Part shown: piece after piece, positions 1 through 12,033 of the stretch
How the letters are laid out: the number at the start of each line of letters is the position of its first letter
Position numbering within the stretch: position 1 is the stretch's first letter
Source of the DNA: the human T2T-CHM13v2.0 reference genome, Homo sapiens
NCBI GenBank assembly: GCA_009914755.4
Contig: CP068257.2
Span: forward strand, 44,800,001 to 44,864,000
Reading direction: 5' to 3'
DNA: 64,000 nt
Program-made: the position numbers and the translations under genes
The notes under the pieces: model-generated
What the model was told of the DNA's origin: nothing
The model's database searches: none
The model's input: the letters and a program-made list of their open reading frames with translations, nothing else

Positions 1-1
1 G

Positions 2-436
<435 letters not shown>

Positions 437-499
437 TAGATGGCACCTTTTGATGCACTGTCTGCACCTCGCCTCCTCCAGTCCAAGGCCCAGCGCAGC

Positions 500-1050
500 C
501 TCCCTGGACACACAGCCACCCACCCTTCTCCTCCTTCTCCTCTGGGACACACATCTGTCCACCCTCCTCCTCCTCCTCCTCCTGGACACAGTCGCCCACC
601 CTCCTCCTCCTCCTCCTCCTGGACACACAGCCGCCCACTCTCCTCTTCCTCCTCCTTCTCGACACACAACCACCCACCCTGCTCCTCCTCCTCCTCCTCC
701 TGGACATGCAGCCGCCCACCCTCCTCCTCCTGGACACGCAGCCGCCCACCCTGCTCCTCCTCCTCCTCCTGGACACACAGCCGCCCACTCTCCTCCTCCT
801 GGACATGCAGCCACCCACCCTGCTCCTCCTCCTCCTCCTGGACACACAGCTGCCCACACTCCTCCTCCTGGACACGCAGCCGCCCACCCTCCTCCTGGAC
901 ACACAGCCGCCCACTCTCCTCCTCCTGGACATGCAGCCGCCCACCCTGCTCCTCCTCCTCCTGGACACACAGACACCTACCCTCCTCCTGCTGGACACAC
1001 AGCCACCCACCCTGCTCTTCCTCCTCCCCCTCCTCCCTGCTGTTTGCTAA
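500..1050. repeat. Minisatellite/VNTR, about 27-36 bp units (GGACACRCAGCCGCCCACCCTSCT(CCT)n), about 18 copies, in a PCNT intron
   Basis: Periodic repeats of ggacacacagccgcccac... with variable CCT-run length. Generates Pro-rich pseudo-ORFs in all frames (PPPPGHTAAH..). Confidence 0.9.
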
Positions 1051-1486
1051 ATGTGCCCCAACTACTCCTCCAGGCTCTGAAACCCAGAGGCTCTAACACC
1101 AGAAGTGCTGGGCAGGTGTTTTATGGTCTCTAGGGTGGCACGGAAGCATGCTTGGTGCTGAAGCCTGCTGAGACCTGGGCTCACCCGAGCCCCTCGCAGC
1201 CCTCGTGAGTGTCCCGCACGTCGCTGGGACGTTTCTTGCATGAGTGCAGGTGCCGCCTGTTCCTGGGTCCACACTGCGTGCACCTCATTGGCGTTTAGAG
1301 CCTGAAAGATTCTTAATTCCACAGAAATCAGGGAAGGATGGGCCTAGGCCCGCAGTTCTGAGGAGACCCATGAACCTGGTTCGTGTGCTTGTCATGTGCT
1401 CTCGGGAAATACATCCTGTGTGGAGAGCCCTTCGCATCTCCTGCGGCAAACAGTCTTGGGGCCCTCATGACAGGAACGTTTCTTTG

Positions 1487-1492
<6 letters not shown>

Positions 1493-1519
<27 letters not shown>

Positions 1520-1805
1520 AGACAGAGTCTCGCTCTGTCGCCCAGGCTGGAGTGCAGTGGCGAGATCTTGAGATCTTGGCTCACTGCAACCTCCACCTCC
1601 TGGGTTCAAGCAATTCACTGCCTCAGCCTCCCGAGTAGCTAGGATTACAGGCACCCGCCACCATGCCTGGCTAATTTTTGTATTTTTAGTAGAGACAGGG
1701 TTTCACCATTTTGGCCAGGGTGGTCTCGAACTCCTGACCTCGTGATCCACCTGTCTCAGCCTCCCAAAATGCTAGGATTACAGGCGTGAGCCACTGCACC
1801 CGGCC
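1493..1805 (-). mobile_element. Alu (antisense)
   Basis: t(30) gagacagagtctcgctctgtcgcccaggctggagtgcagtggcgag...ggattacaggcgtgagccactgcacccggcc. Confidence 0.9.
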
Positions 1806-2191
1806 CAATTTTTTGAATTCTTAAGAGAAAGCTCAGCCCTGCCTGCCAAATTCTTAGAAGTTACACACACAGAAACTCCAAATTCATCACATAAACCACA
1901 ATTTTGTGTTTTCGGTGCTCAGATATAGAACCTTCCCATCCTTTTTCCCTTGTATGAAGCTTGTGTCCTCAATCACCGCAGAAATAGGTTATGACAGTTG
2001 CCTTTTAAGCAAGGAGATGTAAGCCTTGGTTCTGTTTCTCATAGAATTAAATAAACTTGAAATGTGCAGGGCTCATTGTGGAATCACCCGAGTGCTCCGA
2101 AACTCCCTGAAATCCACTCATTAACACCAGACAGGTGCGACTCCTGGTGAGCCAGGTATTCCACCGTGCACCTGTTCTGTTTCACCTGCAG

Positions 2192-2962
2192 GGTAAAGAA
2201 AAAGTACTGGAAGATTGTCAGCTGCCGAAGGTCGATCTCGTAGCTCAGGTGAAACAGCTTCAGGAAAAACTGAACCGTTTGCTGTATTCCATGACCTTCC
2301 AGAATGTGGATGCTGCCGACACCAAATCTCTGTGGCCCATGGCCTCAGCACACCTGTTGGAGAGCAGCTGGAGTGATGATTCCTGTGACGGAGAAGAGCC
2401 TGACATATCACCCCACATAGACACATGTGATGCCAATACAGCCACGGGGGGTGTAACTGATGTTATCAAAAATCAGGCCATAGACGCGTGTGATGCCAAT
2501 ACAACCCCAGGGGGTGTAACTGATGTTATCAAAAATTGGGATTCCTTGATACCAGATGAAATGCCAGATTCTCCCATTCAAGAAAAATCAGAATGTCAGG
2601 ACATGTCTCTTTCTTCACCGACCAGCGTACTTGGTGGCTCCCGCCACCAGAGCCACACTGCAGAGGCTGGGCCCCGGAAGAGCCCGGTCGGGATGCTGGA
2701 CCTGTCTTCCTGGAGCTCCCCTGAGGTCCTCAGGAAGGACTGGACCCTGGAGCCCTGGCCCAGCCTCCCCGTGACACCCCACTCAGGAGCCCTGAGCCTG
2801 TGCAGTGCCGACACATCCCTGGGGGACAGGGCGGACACCTCGCTGCCACAGACCCAGGGGCCGGGGCTGCTTTGTTCCCCAGGCGTGTCTGCAGCAGCGC
2901 TGGCACTGCAGTGGGCCGAGTCTCCGCCGGCTGACGACCACCATGTGCAGAGGACGGCTGTG
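2192..2962 (+). CDS. PCNT: PCNT large internal coding exon (771 bp, phase 0->0), encodes ...GKEKVLEDCQLPKVDLVAQVKQLQEKLNRLLYSMTFQNVDAADTK...DANTATGGVTDVIKNQAIDACDANTTPGGVTDVIKNWDSL...ADDHHVQRTAV
   Basis: Acceptor cctgttctgtttcacctgcag|G at 2190-2191. Only long open frame (ORF 2135-3055). Donor GTG|gtaggt at 2963. Internal 21-aa duplication CDANT(A/T)xGGVTDVIKN. Same strand and frame-compatible with downstream PCNT exons. Confidence 0.8.
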
Positions 2963-3304
2963 GTAGGTGCCTGCTCTGCTCCCAGGCCTGCTGTTCCCGT
3001 GGGAATGTGGTCTGCCCGGCGCCACGGCAGCTGCCATTGTTTGTTCACCTCCTGACAGCACACACCTCGCAGTGCTGTGTGGGGCCAGCTCTGCAGGACT
3101 GGCATCATGGGCGCATTTAGATTATTTCAGTTGTTCAGGTATTTTTAAAATGCCTGAGATGCATTTGCCTGCCTCAGACATACCCTGGGCATGCTTCTCC
3201 ACTGACGCTGACTCCAACGGGCATAGCCCAGACACGTCTTCGTGTGTGATGGGCATAGGGTTCTTTGTCCAGAATGGTTTTTTAGATTTATTTTTAGGAA
3301 TGCT

Positions 3305-3615
3305 TCCTTTTTTTTTTTTTTTTTTTTTTTTTTTGTGAGATGGAGTCTCGCTCTGTCACCCAGGCTAGAGTGCAGTGACGCAATCTCGGCTCACTGCAGC
3401 CTCCGCCTCCCCAGGTTCAAGCAAATCTCCTGCCTCAGCCTCCCTAGTAGCTGGGACTACAGGCACACGCCACCACACCCGGCTAATTTTTGTAGTTTAG
3501 TAGAGACGGGGTTTTACCTTATTGGTCAGGCTGGTCTCGAACTCCTGACCTCATGATCCACCCACCTCAGCCTCCCAAAGTGCTGGGCTTACAGGCGTGA
3601 GCCACCATGCTCAGC
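3305..3615 (-). mobile_element. Alu (antisense)
   Basis: t(27) gtgagatggagtctcgctctgtcacccaggctagagtgcagtgacg...cttacaggcgtgagccaccatgctcagcc. Confidence 0.9.
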
Positions 3616-3749
3616 CAGAAATGCTTCATATTTTTAACAGGTTTCACATATGCTAATTAATTTTAATTTATGAGTTAGATCGTATTATTTCTAACATAAT
3701 CATTTTGGGATTTTGTGTATCTTGAGTAAGATAAAATTAAAAATCAGGT

Positions 3750-4035
3750 ATGGTTGGGCTCATGCTTGTAGTCTCAGCACTTTGGGAGGCTGAGGCGGGA
3801 GGATTGCTTGAGCCCAGGAATTTGAGACCAGGCTGGGTAACGCGGTGAGACCCTGTCTCTACAAAAAAAACACAAAAAATTAGCTGGGCGTGCTGGTGCC
3901 GCCCATGGTCCCTGCTCTTCAGGAGGCTGAGGCAGGAGGATCACTTGACCTTGGGAGGTTGAGGATGCAGTGAGCCAAGATTGAACCACTGCACTCCAGC
4001 CTGGGTGACAGAGTGAGACCCTCCCTCAAAAAATA
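3750..4035 (+). mobile_element. Alu (sense). Forms an inverted pair with the Alu at 3305-3615.
   Basis: ggttgggctcatgcttgtagtctcagcactttgggaggctgaggcgggagg...cactccagcctgggtgacagagtgagaccctccctcaaaaaa. Confidence 0.9.
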
Positions 4036-4328
4036 ATAATTTAGCAGATACATATTATCTGAAACATCCATATACTATCATTTCATGCAAAACAATTTAA
4101 ATCTGAAATATTTACTATTGGCTACATTAAAATATTCCTAAAGAGCTGTGGGTGAATCTGATTAAATTGTTGGAAGCATTCGACCTGTGTGTTCACCAGT
4201 TTTGAGTTGTTTCATCTGGGGTCTATGTGGGAAGATAAATTCAGGCCTTTGAAAGTTTTCACCTGGCAAAGTCAGCGCTATGATGTAATTACTCATTATT
4301 TTATGACCATTTAAAAATCTCTTAACAG

Positions 4329-4431
4329 GAGAAAGATGTCGAAGATTTTATCACAACATCCTTTGATTCTCAAGAAACATTAAGTTCACCTCCTCCTGGA
4401 TTAGAAGGAAAAGCTGATAGAAGTGAGAAAA
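4329..4431 (+). CDS. PCNT: PCNT coding exon (103 bp, phase 0->1): EKDVEDFITTSFDSQETLSSPPPGLEGKADRSEK
   Basis: Acceptor tctcttaacag|GAG (NAGNAG motif cagGAG). Only one of three frames is open. Strong donor AAA|gtgagt at 4432. Confidence 0.7.
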
Positions 4432-5659
4432 GTGAGTTGGTTATCTTTCATTTTTAATTTTTTATTTCAGTGGTTTCCTAGCACAGAATAGTCAAAAGAA
4501 TTCCTGCATCCTTTGCCTGGTTCTGCGTCTGCCCCCCGCTGACCTCCACCCCGGCTCTGCGCTTTGTCGGGCGTGCACCTGGGGCCTCTTGACTTCTGAA
4601 AACACGCCTGTACCTTTCACAGAGCCAAGGTTGCTGGCCCGGGCCACGCTCCACCCTGGAATGTTCACCCTGATCCAAGGCTGGCATCTCAGCTACAGCT
4701 ACAGACCTTGCTCAGATTCACCCATTGTCCCAGTAGTGTCCTTTATGGAAAAGACACCCCAGCTCACAGGCTGTGTTCAGGTGTCTTTGGCAGGATGGAG
4801 ACTGGGGCGGTGCACGCCATGTTTCCAGGCTCTGCTGCCTTGCCTGCCCACCCTGCCTTTCCCTCCCCTTGGGGTGGACGTCCCTCTCTCTGCTGTGGGT
4901 TTCGGGGCACCGGCCCTGGAGAGGAGCCGAGGGGCCGCTGACTGTGGCGTGTCCTCGCGATGGTGCGTGGGGGGCTGCGTCTCCCCGGACCTCGTGGCGG
5001 GAGGTGCGTGGGCTTGACTTGGGCCTTTGTCTGTGATGGTGCCTGCCAGGTTTCCTCCACCTCCTTCTGTGGGAGATGCGGAGACTGAGTATTCTCTTCC
5101 CTCTCATGCTCACGCCCACTGGTCTCAGCCTCCCTTGGTTGCCCTGGCCCGCATCAGTTGTTGTGGCGGTTACCTGCCACACCGTCCTTTTTTTCATTTC
5201 ATAACTTTTTCTATAATTGTTGTCTTTTTACAAGTCAGTCACCTTTTGAGGTGCTCTAACTTTTTAAAAAATCTGTTGGATTTTTCAGCGATTTAGTGTT
5301 TTTTGAGAACATGGTCACAATTTAATTAGAAATTTTAGTATTTGCAGAGTAGGGCCAGCAGCTTTTTAATTTTGTTTTTATTTATTTGATGAATAGTGAG
5401 CACGCAGGGTGACAGTTATGGGTGCTGAGGGGACCGTTTCCTGAGCAGCCTGTGTCCCAGCTCCCCACTCAGGACTGCAGCTCCCTGGGGATGCCACATT
5501 CAACTCTCAGAAATGTCTTCTCGTATTTGCTTTATTTTCAAACTCTATTTGCTGTTTAAAGTGGCATCTTCAGCCCTCCTAGCCCCTCGCCACACGCCCC
5601 TTGCTACACGAGGTGCAGTCTGCACGCCCTGTGCTGTCACAGCCAAGGTTTGCCCTTAA

Positions 5660-6088
<429 letters not shown>

Positions 6089-6179
6089 TAGGTGCTTGTT
6101 TTTGAGAACTTCCTCGTCTCCCTGGTGGTTGTCGGTTGGTTGGCTGGGTGCAGACACTTGGGTTGGAAGGTATCGCGTG

Positions 6180-6312
6180 CCTGTCCACTGCCTCTGTGCC
6201 CGCGCCCTCCAGTGACGCACAACCTTTGAGGGGCCTGCGCGGTCAGGGTGTCCGCCGCCTCTGTGCCTGCGCCCTCCAGTGACACGCGACCTTGGAGGCC
6301 TGCGCGGTCGGG
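6180..6312. repeat. Tandem duplication, about 65 bp x 2
   Basis: cctgtccactgcctctgtgcccgcgccctccagtgacgcacaacctttgaggggcctgcgcggtcagggtg followed by tccgccgcctctgtgcctgcgccctccagtgacacgcgaccttggaggcctgcgcggtcggggtg. Confidence 0.8.
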
Positions 6313-8094
6313 GTGGAGGATTTCCTCCTCGTTCGTCCTTCCTCCATTCACGTATCCTATGATTTTCTCTCTTCTTTTTGTAATTCCTGTTATTCAACTA
6401 TATCAGGCCTCCAAGATTGATTGTCAAATTTTCTTTCCTTATTTCTACTTCTTTTATTTTTGTTCTCATTTCTAAGAGGTTTTCTTTAGAACTTTATTTT
6501 TCAACATTTGTGCTGAGTGTTCTGTTTCTGTGCTCATATTTTAAATTTCTCAGAAATCTTTCTTATCCTAACTGTTCCTCTCTCCTTTAGCTTTAGCTCC
6601 TTGGTTTCTTTCTTTTTTGGAGGGCGTTCTTGAGTTTATTTTGGGCACAGCCAGGTGAGAGGTCCCTGCACCTGAAGGAAGGTGTTGGGCTCCGAGGTGA
6701 AGCATGGTTTGTGCTGAAGGCACAGGGTCCAGTGGGACAATGGGGAATGTGGTCTTGGACTTGTGGAGCTCTGACCACCCGCTGGCGGCACCTGCTGGCT
6801 GTGATCTCCTCTGGATGGAGTGGGCTGGGGCATGGTGCTGGGCACCCATGTCTCGGTGGCACTGGGTGACAGTGTCCGCAGCAGTCACATCCCAGAGTTC
6901 CTGGTACACGCTGTGGGAGCCGCAGCTCAGGCAGATGCAACATCCTTCACCCTCAGAGATTTCTCAAACACCTGAAGTAGATGATTTCCCCAAAGATTTC
7001 TTCGTTGTCATCTTTAGCTGAGATACACAGGGCAGAAGTAGGACTTGGCACCATTATTAGACACAAAGATTTGCAGGCGGTGGGTGGCCTGAGGCATTTT
7101 GAGGGGTACAGGCAGCAACCCAGCACCCTGCACCCTTGCACTGCTCCTGAGGCCTTCATGCTGCTCTCTCGGCACTTGCCGCCACTCACAAAAAGCACTT
7201 TGTTGGTTCATTTTGTGAATGACGTGCCCGTTATTTCTCTGAGGGGGTCATCGTCATCCTCTGAGGTTGTACTCTGCCTGCATCGTTGGCCTCTACTCCT
7301 CCCCAGTGTGCCCTCTGCTCAGCAGGCTGTGCCGGGGCATCATCCCCCAGGTGCCCAAGTGCTGCAGCCTCCGCTCCCCAGGGAGCTTTGTCCACACGGG
7401 GGCCCCGTCTCGCTGGCATCCTCATCCTCCTGTTTTGAAGTCTAACACCCTTTTTCCAGGGCGCCTCCTCCTCGTCTGGGTCTCGTGTCCCTTACACGAT
7501 CCTGCCTCAGTTTCCAAAGCGCCCCCCTCCCTGTGGGCTGGCGCAGCTGCAGGTCTCTGGGATGGACCAGGGCCCTGGGAGGTTTTGAATTTTCCTCCTT
7601 GAGACCCCATGCCCACCTGACACAGGAGCTGCACCGCAGGGACCCCATGGCAGGCACGGTCAGCGTTTCCTGAGCAGTCATTGGATGCCCGTCCGCTGCC
7701 TGCCTTATCTCCGTGGCTGGCGTGGAGGGTGCAGGCCCCGCACGTCCCGCTGCTCTTGAGCTTGTCCAGGCCATCTGGGTTTTGTGGAGTCTTTGGGGGC
7801 CACGTCTGGAGAAGTGAGCAGAGGTCCCCTAAGATTGGCGCTGGAATCAGGGACTCAGGTGATGTTCTCAACCTGTGAAGTTGCGTTTTCTTACTTGACG
7901 TGCGTCTTTCTCACCAGGGTTATGTTTTTATGAAGCATTTTTGGGGCCATCAGTGTTTTCTCCGTGAGCAGAATCACGGTGTGGTTGTCGCTGGGGACTG
8001 CGGGCCGATCACCCCTGTCCTGCCTCTGCAGTGCGTCCCCTGGGGAACCCCCTGGAGAGCTGTGGGTGGGACCCTGACCCTGTGGTGTTTTTAG

Positions 8095-8249
8095 GTGACG
8101 GCTCGGGTTTTGGAGCAAGACTGAGCCCGGGGTCAGGAGGCCCTGAGGCTCAAACTGCTGGTCCTGTGACCCCTGCTTCCATCTCTGGAAGGTTTCAGCC
8201 GCTGCCGGAAGCCATGAAGGAGAAGGAAGTGCGTCCGAAGCACGTGAAG
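8095..8249 (+). CDS. PCNT: PCNT coding exon (155 bp, phase 1->0): (S)DGSGFGARLSPGSGGPEAQTAGPVTPASISGRFQPLPEAMKEKEVRPKHVK
   Basis: Acceptor tgtggtgtttttag|GT at 8093-8094, donor AAG|gtatgg at 8250. The A carried from exon 4329-4431 plus GT gives Ser and enters the long ORF 8031-8579 in frame. It exits in phase 0 as required by downstream exons. Found by phase logic. Confidence 0.6.
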
Positions 8250-8734
8250 GTATGGCTGGCAGGGGCGGCCCTCACAGCTTCACATGTGCAGCCTCGGGGC
8301 ATCCCCCAAGCCCTGTGTCCTGCCTTGCCGGGGAGAGCCTTGGAGGGCCAGCTTTTCCTGGGTGCCTCTGAGCACCTGCATTTTAATGACTCACGGGAGG
8401 CAGCCCCACGGTGGCCCCGGAAGCCGCCCACCCAGCCCTGCACTGGCCCCTTAGGTGGCCGCCTCCCATCTGGGCAGGGAGGGTCCTGTGAGCCCGTGGG
8501 CAGGTGGTGTTGCCCCGAGTCGCAGAGCCGGCCTGTGCCTCTCTCCTGCCTGTGCCTCCCTCCTGCCTGTGCCCTGTAGAGAAGCCGAGGCACCAGACGC
8601 CGCAGTGCTCTAGGACTGAGCCGAGTTCTCTTCAGACGATGGGAGAGAAGCCACTCAGCCTCCTTGGAATCAACCTTGAAGGCAGAATTTTGTGGAACTT
8701 TTCATAGGTTTTCTTTCCTCTCCCAGTTTAGCAG

Positions 8735-8785
8735 ATCATTTTATGGCAAAACCATTGACAAAAACTTGGCTAAACAAGTGAGTGA
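8735..8785 (+). CDS. Candidate 51-bp cassette exon (phase 0->0): FSRSFYGKTIDKNLAKQ. Uncertain whether constitutive in PCNT.
   Basis: Very strong acceptor ggttttctttcctctcccag|TTT and strong donor CAA|gtgagtg. Open in the required phase. Phase-neutral, so the PCNT frame is intact with or without it. Lies inside an unusually long 135-codon ORF (8664-9071). Confidence 0.25.
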
Positions 8786-8877
8786 TAGAATGATGCCACT
8801 ACAGGAGCTTAGTCAAGTGGTAAACATATTCCCAAACAAAACAGTCTTCACATCAGTGAAACCTCTTCTGAGACTGC

Positions 8878-9060
8878 GCAGTAAGTCCTCACTTAGCGTT
8901 GCCCCGAGGTTCCTGGAAACTGACCTTGTAGGAAGGACACTCCTGTGCTGCTGGCCGCAGCTCCCGTTGTCTCAGAGGGCCCTGAGGGTGCCTTTGTTAC
9001 ATGCGTTTAAAAGTCGCGGTTTCCAAAACCCATCCATGACGTTAAGTGAGGACTTACTGC
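8878..9060. mobile_element. MITE-like non-autonomous DNA-transposon fossil (MER-type), about 183 bp, with 22-bp terminal inverted repeats
   Basis: gcagtaagtcctcacttagcgt (8878-8899) versus the reverse complement of acgttaagtgaggacttactgc (9039-9060): 21/22 match. Weaker inverted similarity continues about 45 bp inward (ggttcctggaaactgacc / ggttttggaaaccgcgac). Confidence 0.6.
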
Positions 9061-9065
9061 ATTCA

Positions 9066-9218
<153 letters not shown>

Positions 9219-9334
9219 TCAGTTAAACCTCTTTTTTTCATTAAAATAAAAAAACTTATTTTACTTTCTTAAACATGGAAATTGGAGATTTTTTTTTTTA
9301 ATCAGTTTTTTATTTCTTCTTTGCATTTCCTTTT

Positions 9335-9615
9335 TTTTTTTTTGGTGAGACAGAGTCTCACTCTGTCACCCAGCAGTGCAGTCACAGCTCACTGCAACCT
9401 CTGCCTCCTGGGCTCAAACGATCCTCCCACCTCAGCCTCCCAAGCAGCTTGGATTACAGGCGTGAGCCACCACACCCAGCTAATTTTTGTATTTTCTGTA
9501 AAGATGGAGTGTTGCCATGTTACCCAGGCTGGTCTTGAGCTCCTGAGCTCAAGTAATCTGCCCACCTCAGCCTCCCAAGGTGCTGGGATTACAGTGTGAG
9601 CCACAGCGCCTGGCC
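9335..9615 (-). mobile_element. Alu (antisense)
   Basis: t(13)ggtgagacagagtctcactctgtcacccag...gggattacagtgtgagccacagcgcctggcc. Confidence 0.88.
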
Positions 9616-9789
9616 TCAAATTTTTATACAATATAAAACGTCAAGGAGATGTTTCTGTTAGTGTTTCCTATGGAAAACAACCTAATATTAGAATTCCTGA
9701 TTTTTAAGGAATAAATTTGATTAATGTTAACTCTTCATACTTAGGTTTCATAATTTAAAAAGAAAAGCACAAAAGGCAGGAAAGGCCTC

Positions 9790-10085
9790 CTGTAGCCCTT
9801 GAGGCAGCAGCTGCGAAGCAGAGGAGGAGGGGGAGGGGAGGAGGAAGAGAAGGGGAGGGGGAGGGGAGAGGGGAGGAGGAGGAAGAGAAGGGAGGGGGAT
9901 GAGGAGGGGGAGGGGAGGAGGAAGAGAAGGGGAGGGGGAGGGGAGAGGGGAGGAGGAGGAAGAGAAGGGAGGGGGATGAGGAGGGGGAGGGGAGGAGGAA
10001 GAGAAGGGGGAGTGGGAGGGGAGGAGGGGGAGGGGGAGGGGAGAGGGGAGGAGGAGGAAGAGGAGGAACTGCTGTCCAGGGAGCA
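9790..10085. repeat. Polypurine (GGAGGGGA / GAGGAGGAAGAGAAGGG) tandem repeat, about 300 bp, unit about 60 bp x about 5. Potential H-DNA/triplex-forming tract.
   Basis: Top strand is almost purely G/A from 9810-10075 with a repeating gggaggaggaagagaaggggagggggaggggagagg motif. Confidence 0.9.
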
Positions 10086-12033
10086 CCTCCAGCTTTGAAA
10101 GGTCCCAAGTCCAGTTGAAAATCACAAGGAGTTTTTTTCATGGATGTCTCAGACTGTTTCAAACTCAGGGTTTTCCTTTATTGTCTTAATTTCTGGCCTG
10201 TGTTTTAGAGTGTGGAGCCCTGGGGTTGTGCCCACACTGACGCCGCAGTGGGGAACTGAGTGGAGCTGGGTGCTTGCCCCACTTGGAGGTGGCTCCAGGC
10301 GCGTGGGGGACACCCACTGCTCAGATGCAGCCACAGACGCCAAGAGTGTGGTCGACGCTCTAATAGCCCCTGTGGTCCCTATGCTGAGGAGGCTGAGAGG
10401 TCCTGAGCACGGGTGGGGCCCCGGCCACTCTTGGCCACCTCTGGCCGTGCCTGGAATTGAGCCATAAGTGGGCAGGGTAGGTGCTGGAGCTCAGGAAATG
10501 AGGACTCCCCTGCCTCCGCCGCTGCCACCACCACCACTGCTGACAGGCAGAGCCGCCTGGTCCTGAGTGTGGAGATGGCAGAACCTTCTCAGCCCTAGTG
10601 ATTGTGTCTGTGGGACCCCCCAGGCTGCCTCACAGGCCATGTTCTAAGGTACCCACTGGTCTCTGCCCCACTTCCCGGCCTCACGGGAACCCACCTGCAA
10701 GGGCCCCGTGTCACCTGGCGGGAAGCTGTGGCCCAGGGCCTCTGCATCTCTTCTTTGTAAGAGATGTTTTTTAAAATGCATTTTCTCCTCTATACAGAAT
10801 CTAGAAAAGCATATTAAAAAGAAGGAAATGGCCTGTCCTCTGCAGCTGGAAGAGAGGGGCCAAGCAGCTTCAGGGCCTGCCCGCCGCCCTGCTCCCCCGG
10901 CCCTGCTCCCACTGCGCCCCCCCCCAACCCTGCTCCCCCAGCCACGGCCTTGCTCCCCCCGTCTCCGCTCCTCCCCGCACCACCCCGCTCCCCTCAACCC
11001 CACCCTGCTCTGCCGCAGACCTCAGTTTGCATCCATCCTGTGCCACATACGTTATGTTTAAAGTAAAAGTGTTTTCAGTTGTTAGAGATGAACATAGTGT
11101 GCAATTTGGTTTCACACTTTAGTGTTAATATTTGACCTTTTTTGGCATATCGTTAAAATTACAGGAAAGCCTATTTTCAGTCAGTCACACCCGTCGTAGG
11201 CTTCATCATTGCCTCATTTTGCATTTCCCTCTTTTTGGACTTTATTAGATTATTTTTCTCTTCAGGTTTTTATGCAGACGTGTCCTGTGCTTGGGTGTGT
11301 GCTCATGTGGTGGTGACCGCGCTGAGCCTCTGGGCTCTGGGCTCTAGGCTGGTCGTGACACCAGCTTCTCCATAGGGCCGTCTGCTTACCCCTCAGCCTC
11401 TCTGGCGAGACAGTCAAGTGTGTGTCCGGACACCAGCTGCTGCGTAATCGGTGGGATAAAGCAGCCGCCTCGTGTTCACAGACCTGTGGGCAGGGCCTGC
11501 TGGGGATGGTTTTCTCTGCTCCCCGTGCCCAGCACAGGCAGCTTCACCCCACGCTGGTGGTCGGCACTGGCCTCAGCCGGACCACGCACAGAGGCCTCCT
11601 GGGTGGCCATCGTGTGGCCTTCTCGTAGCGTCCCAGGTGGGCAGGGAGTGTGTGATATGTTTGTGATCTCGCTGTGGACATTGGCCTAAAGCCCTGCCCT
11701 GAGCTTTGTCCAGGCTTAGGCGGGGGACGGTGTCCCCCTCAGGGAGCAGGTGGAGTGGAGGAAGTGGCGGGGCCATCTTTGGAGTGGCTTATAGAGAAAT
11801 TCACTCCAAGCCTGGCTTCCGTGTTGTCTCTCTGAAGGTCGGGAGAGGTGGGCTTGAAAACCTTGTAGCTTGAGAAGTGGGTGCCGCCTGTACGAAGCCG
11901 AGGCGGTGCCCTCCCTCTCCACAGCTGCCCGCCCTTCACAGAGTCCTGGCGGCAGCTCGGGGCCGCAGGTGGTGTAGAGCGTGGCTGTGTGGGGTGGCAG
12001 GCAACTCCCTTCTGACGCGCTTTCCCGCCACAG

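Noticed and set aside
440-1133. Long Pro-rich (+) and Arg/Gly/Cys-rich (-) ORFs of 200-230 aa
   Set aside because: They are translations of the CCT/GGA-rich minisatellite. Periodic low complexity is present in every frame and there are no splice signals, so this is not coding.
7917-7975. Strong acceptor (tgcgtctttctcaccag|G) suggesting an exon
   Set aside because: With the required phase-1 carry-in it hits a stop within 17 codons, and there is no donor in range.
9748-10162. ORFs encoding GEEEEKGRGRGEG... and PLPSPSP...
   Set aside because: Artefact of the polypurine tandem repeat.
10708-11061. 117-aa ORF behind a strong acceptor (tctcctctatacag|AAT at 10796) reading NLEKHIKKKEMACPLQLEERGQAASGPARRPAPP...
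   Set aside because: No usable donor before the stop. The second half is low-complexity translation of a ccctgctcccc repeat. It is not required by the phase chain.
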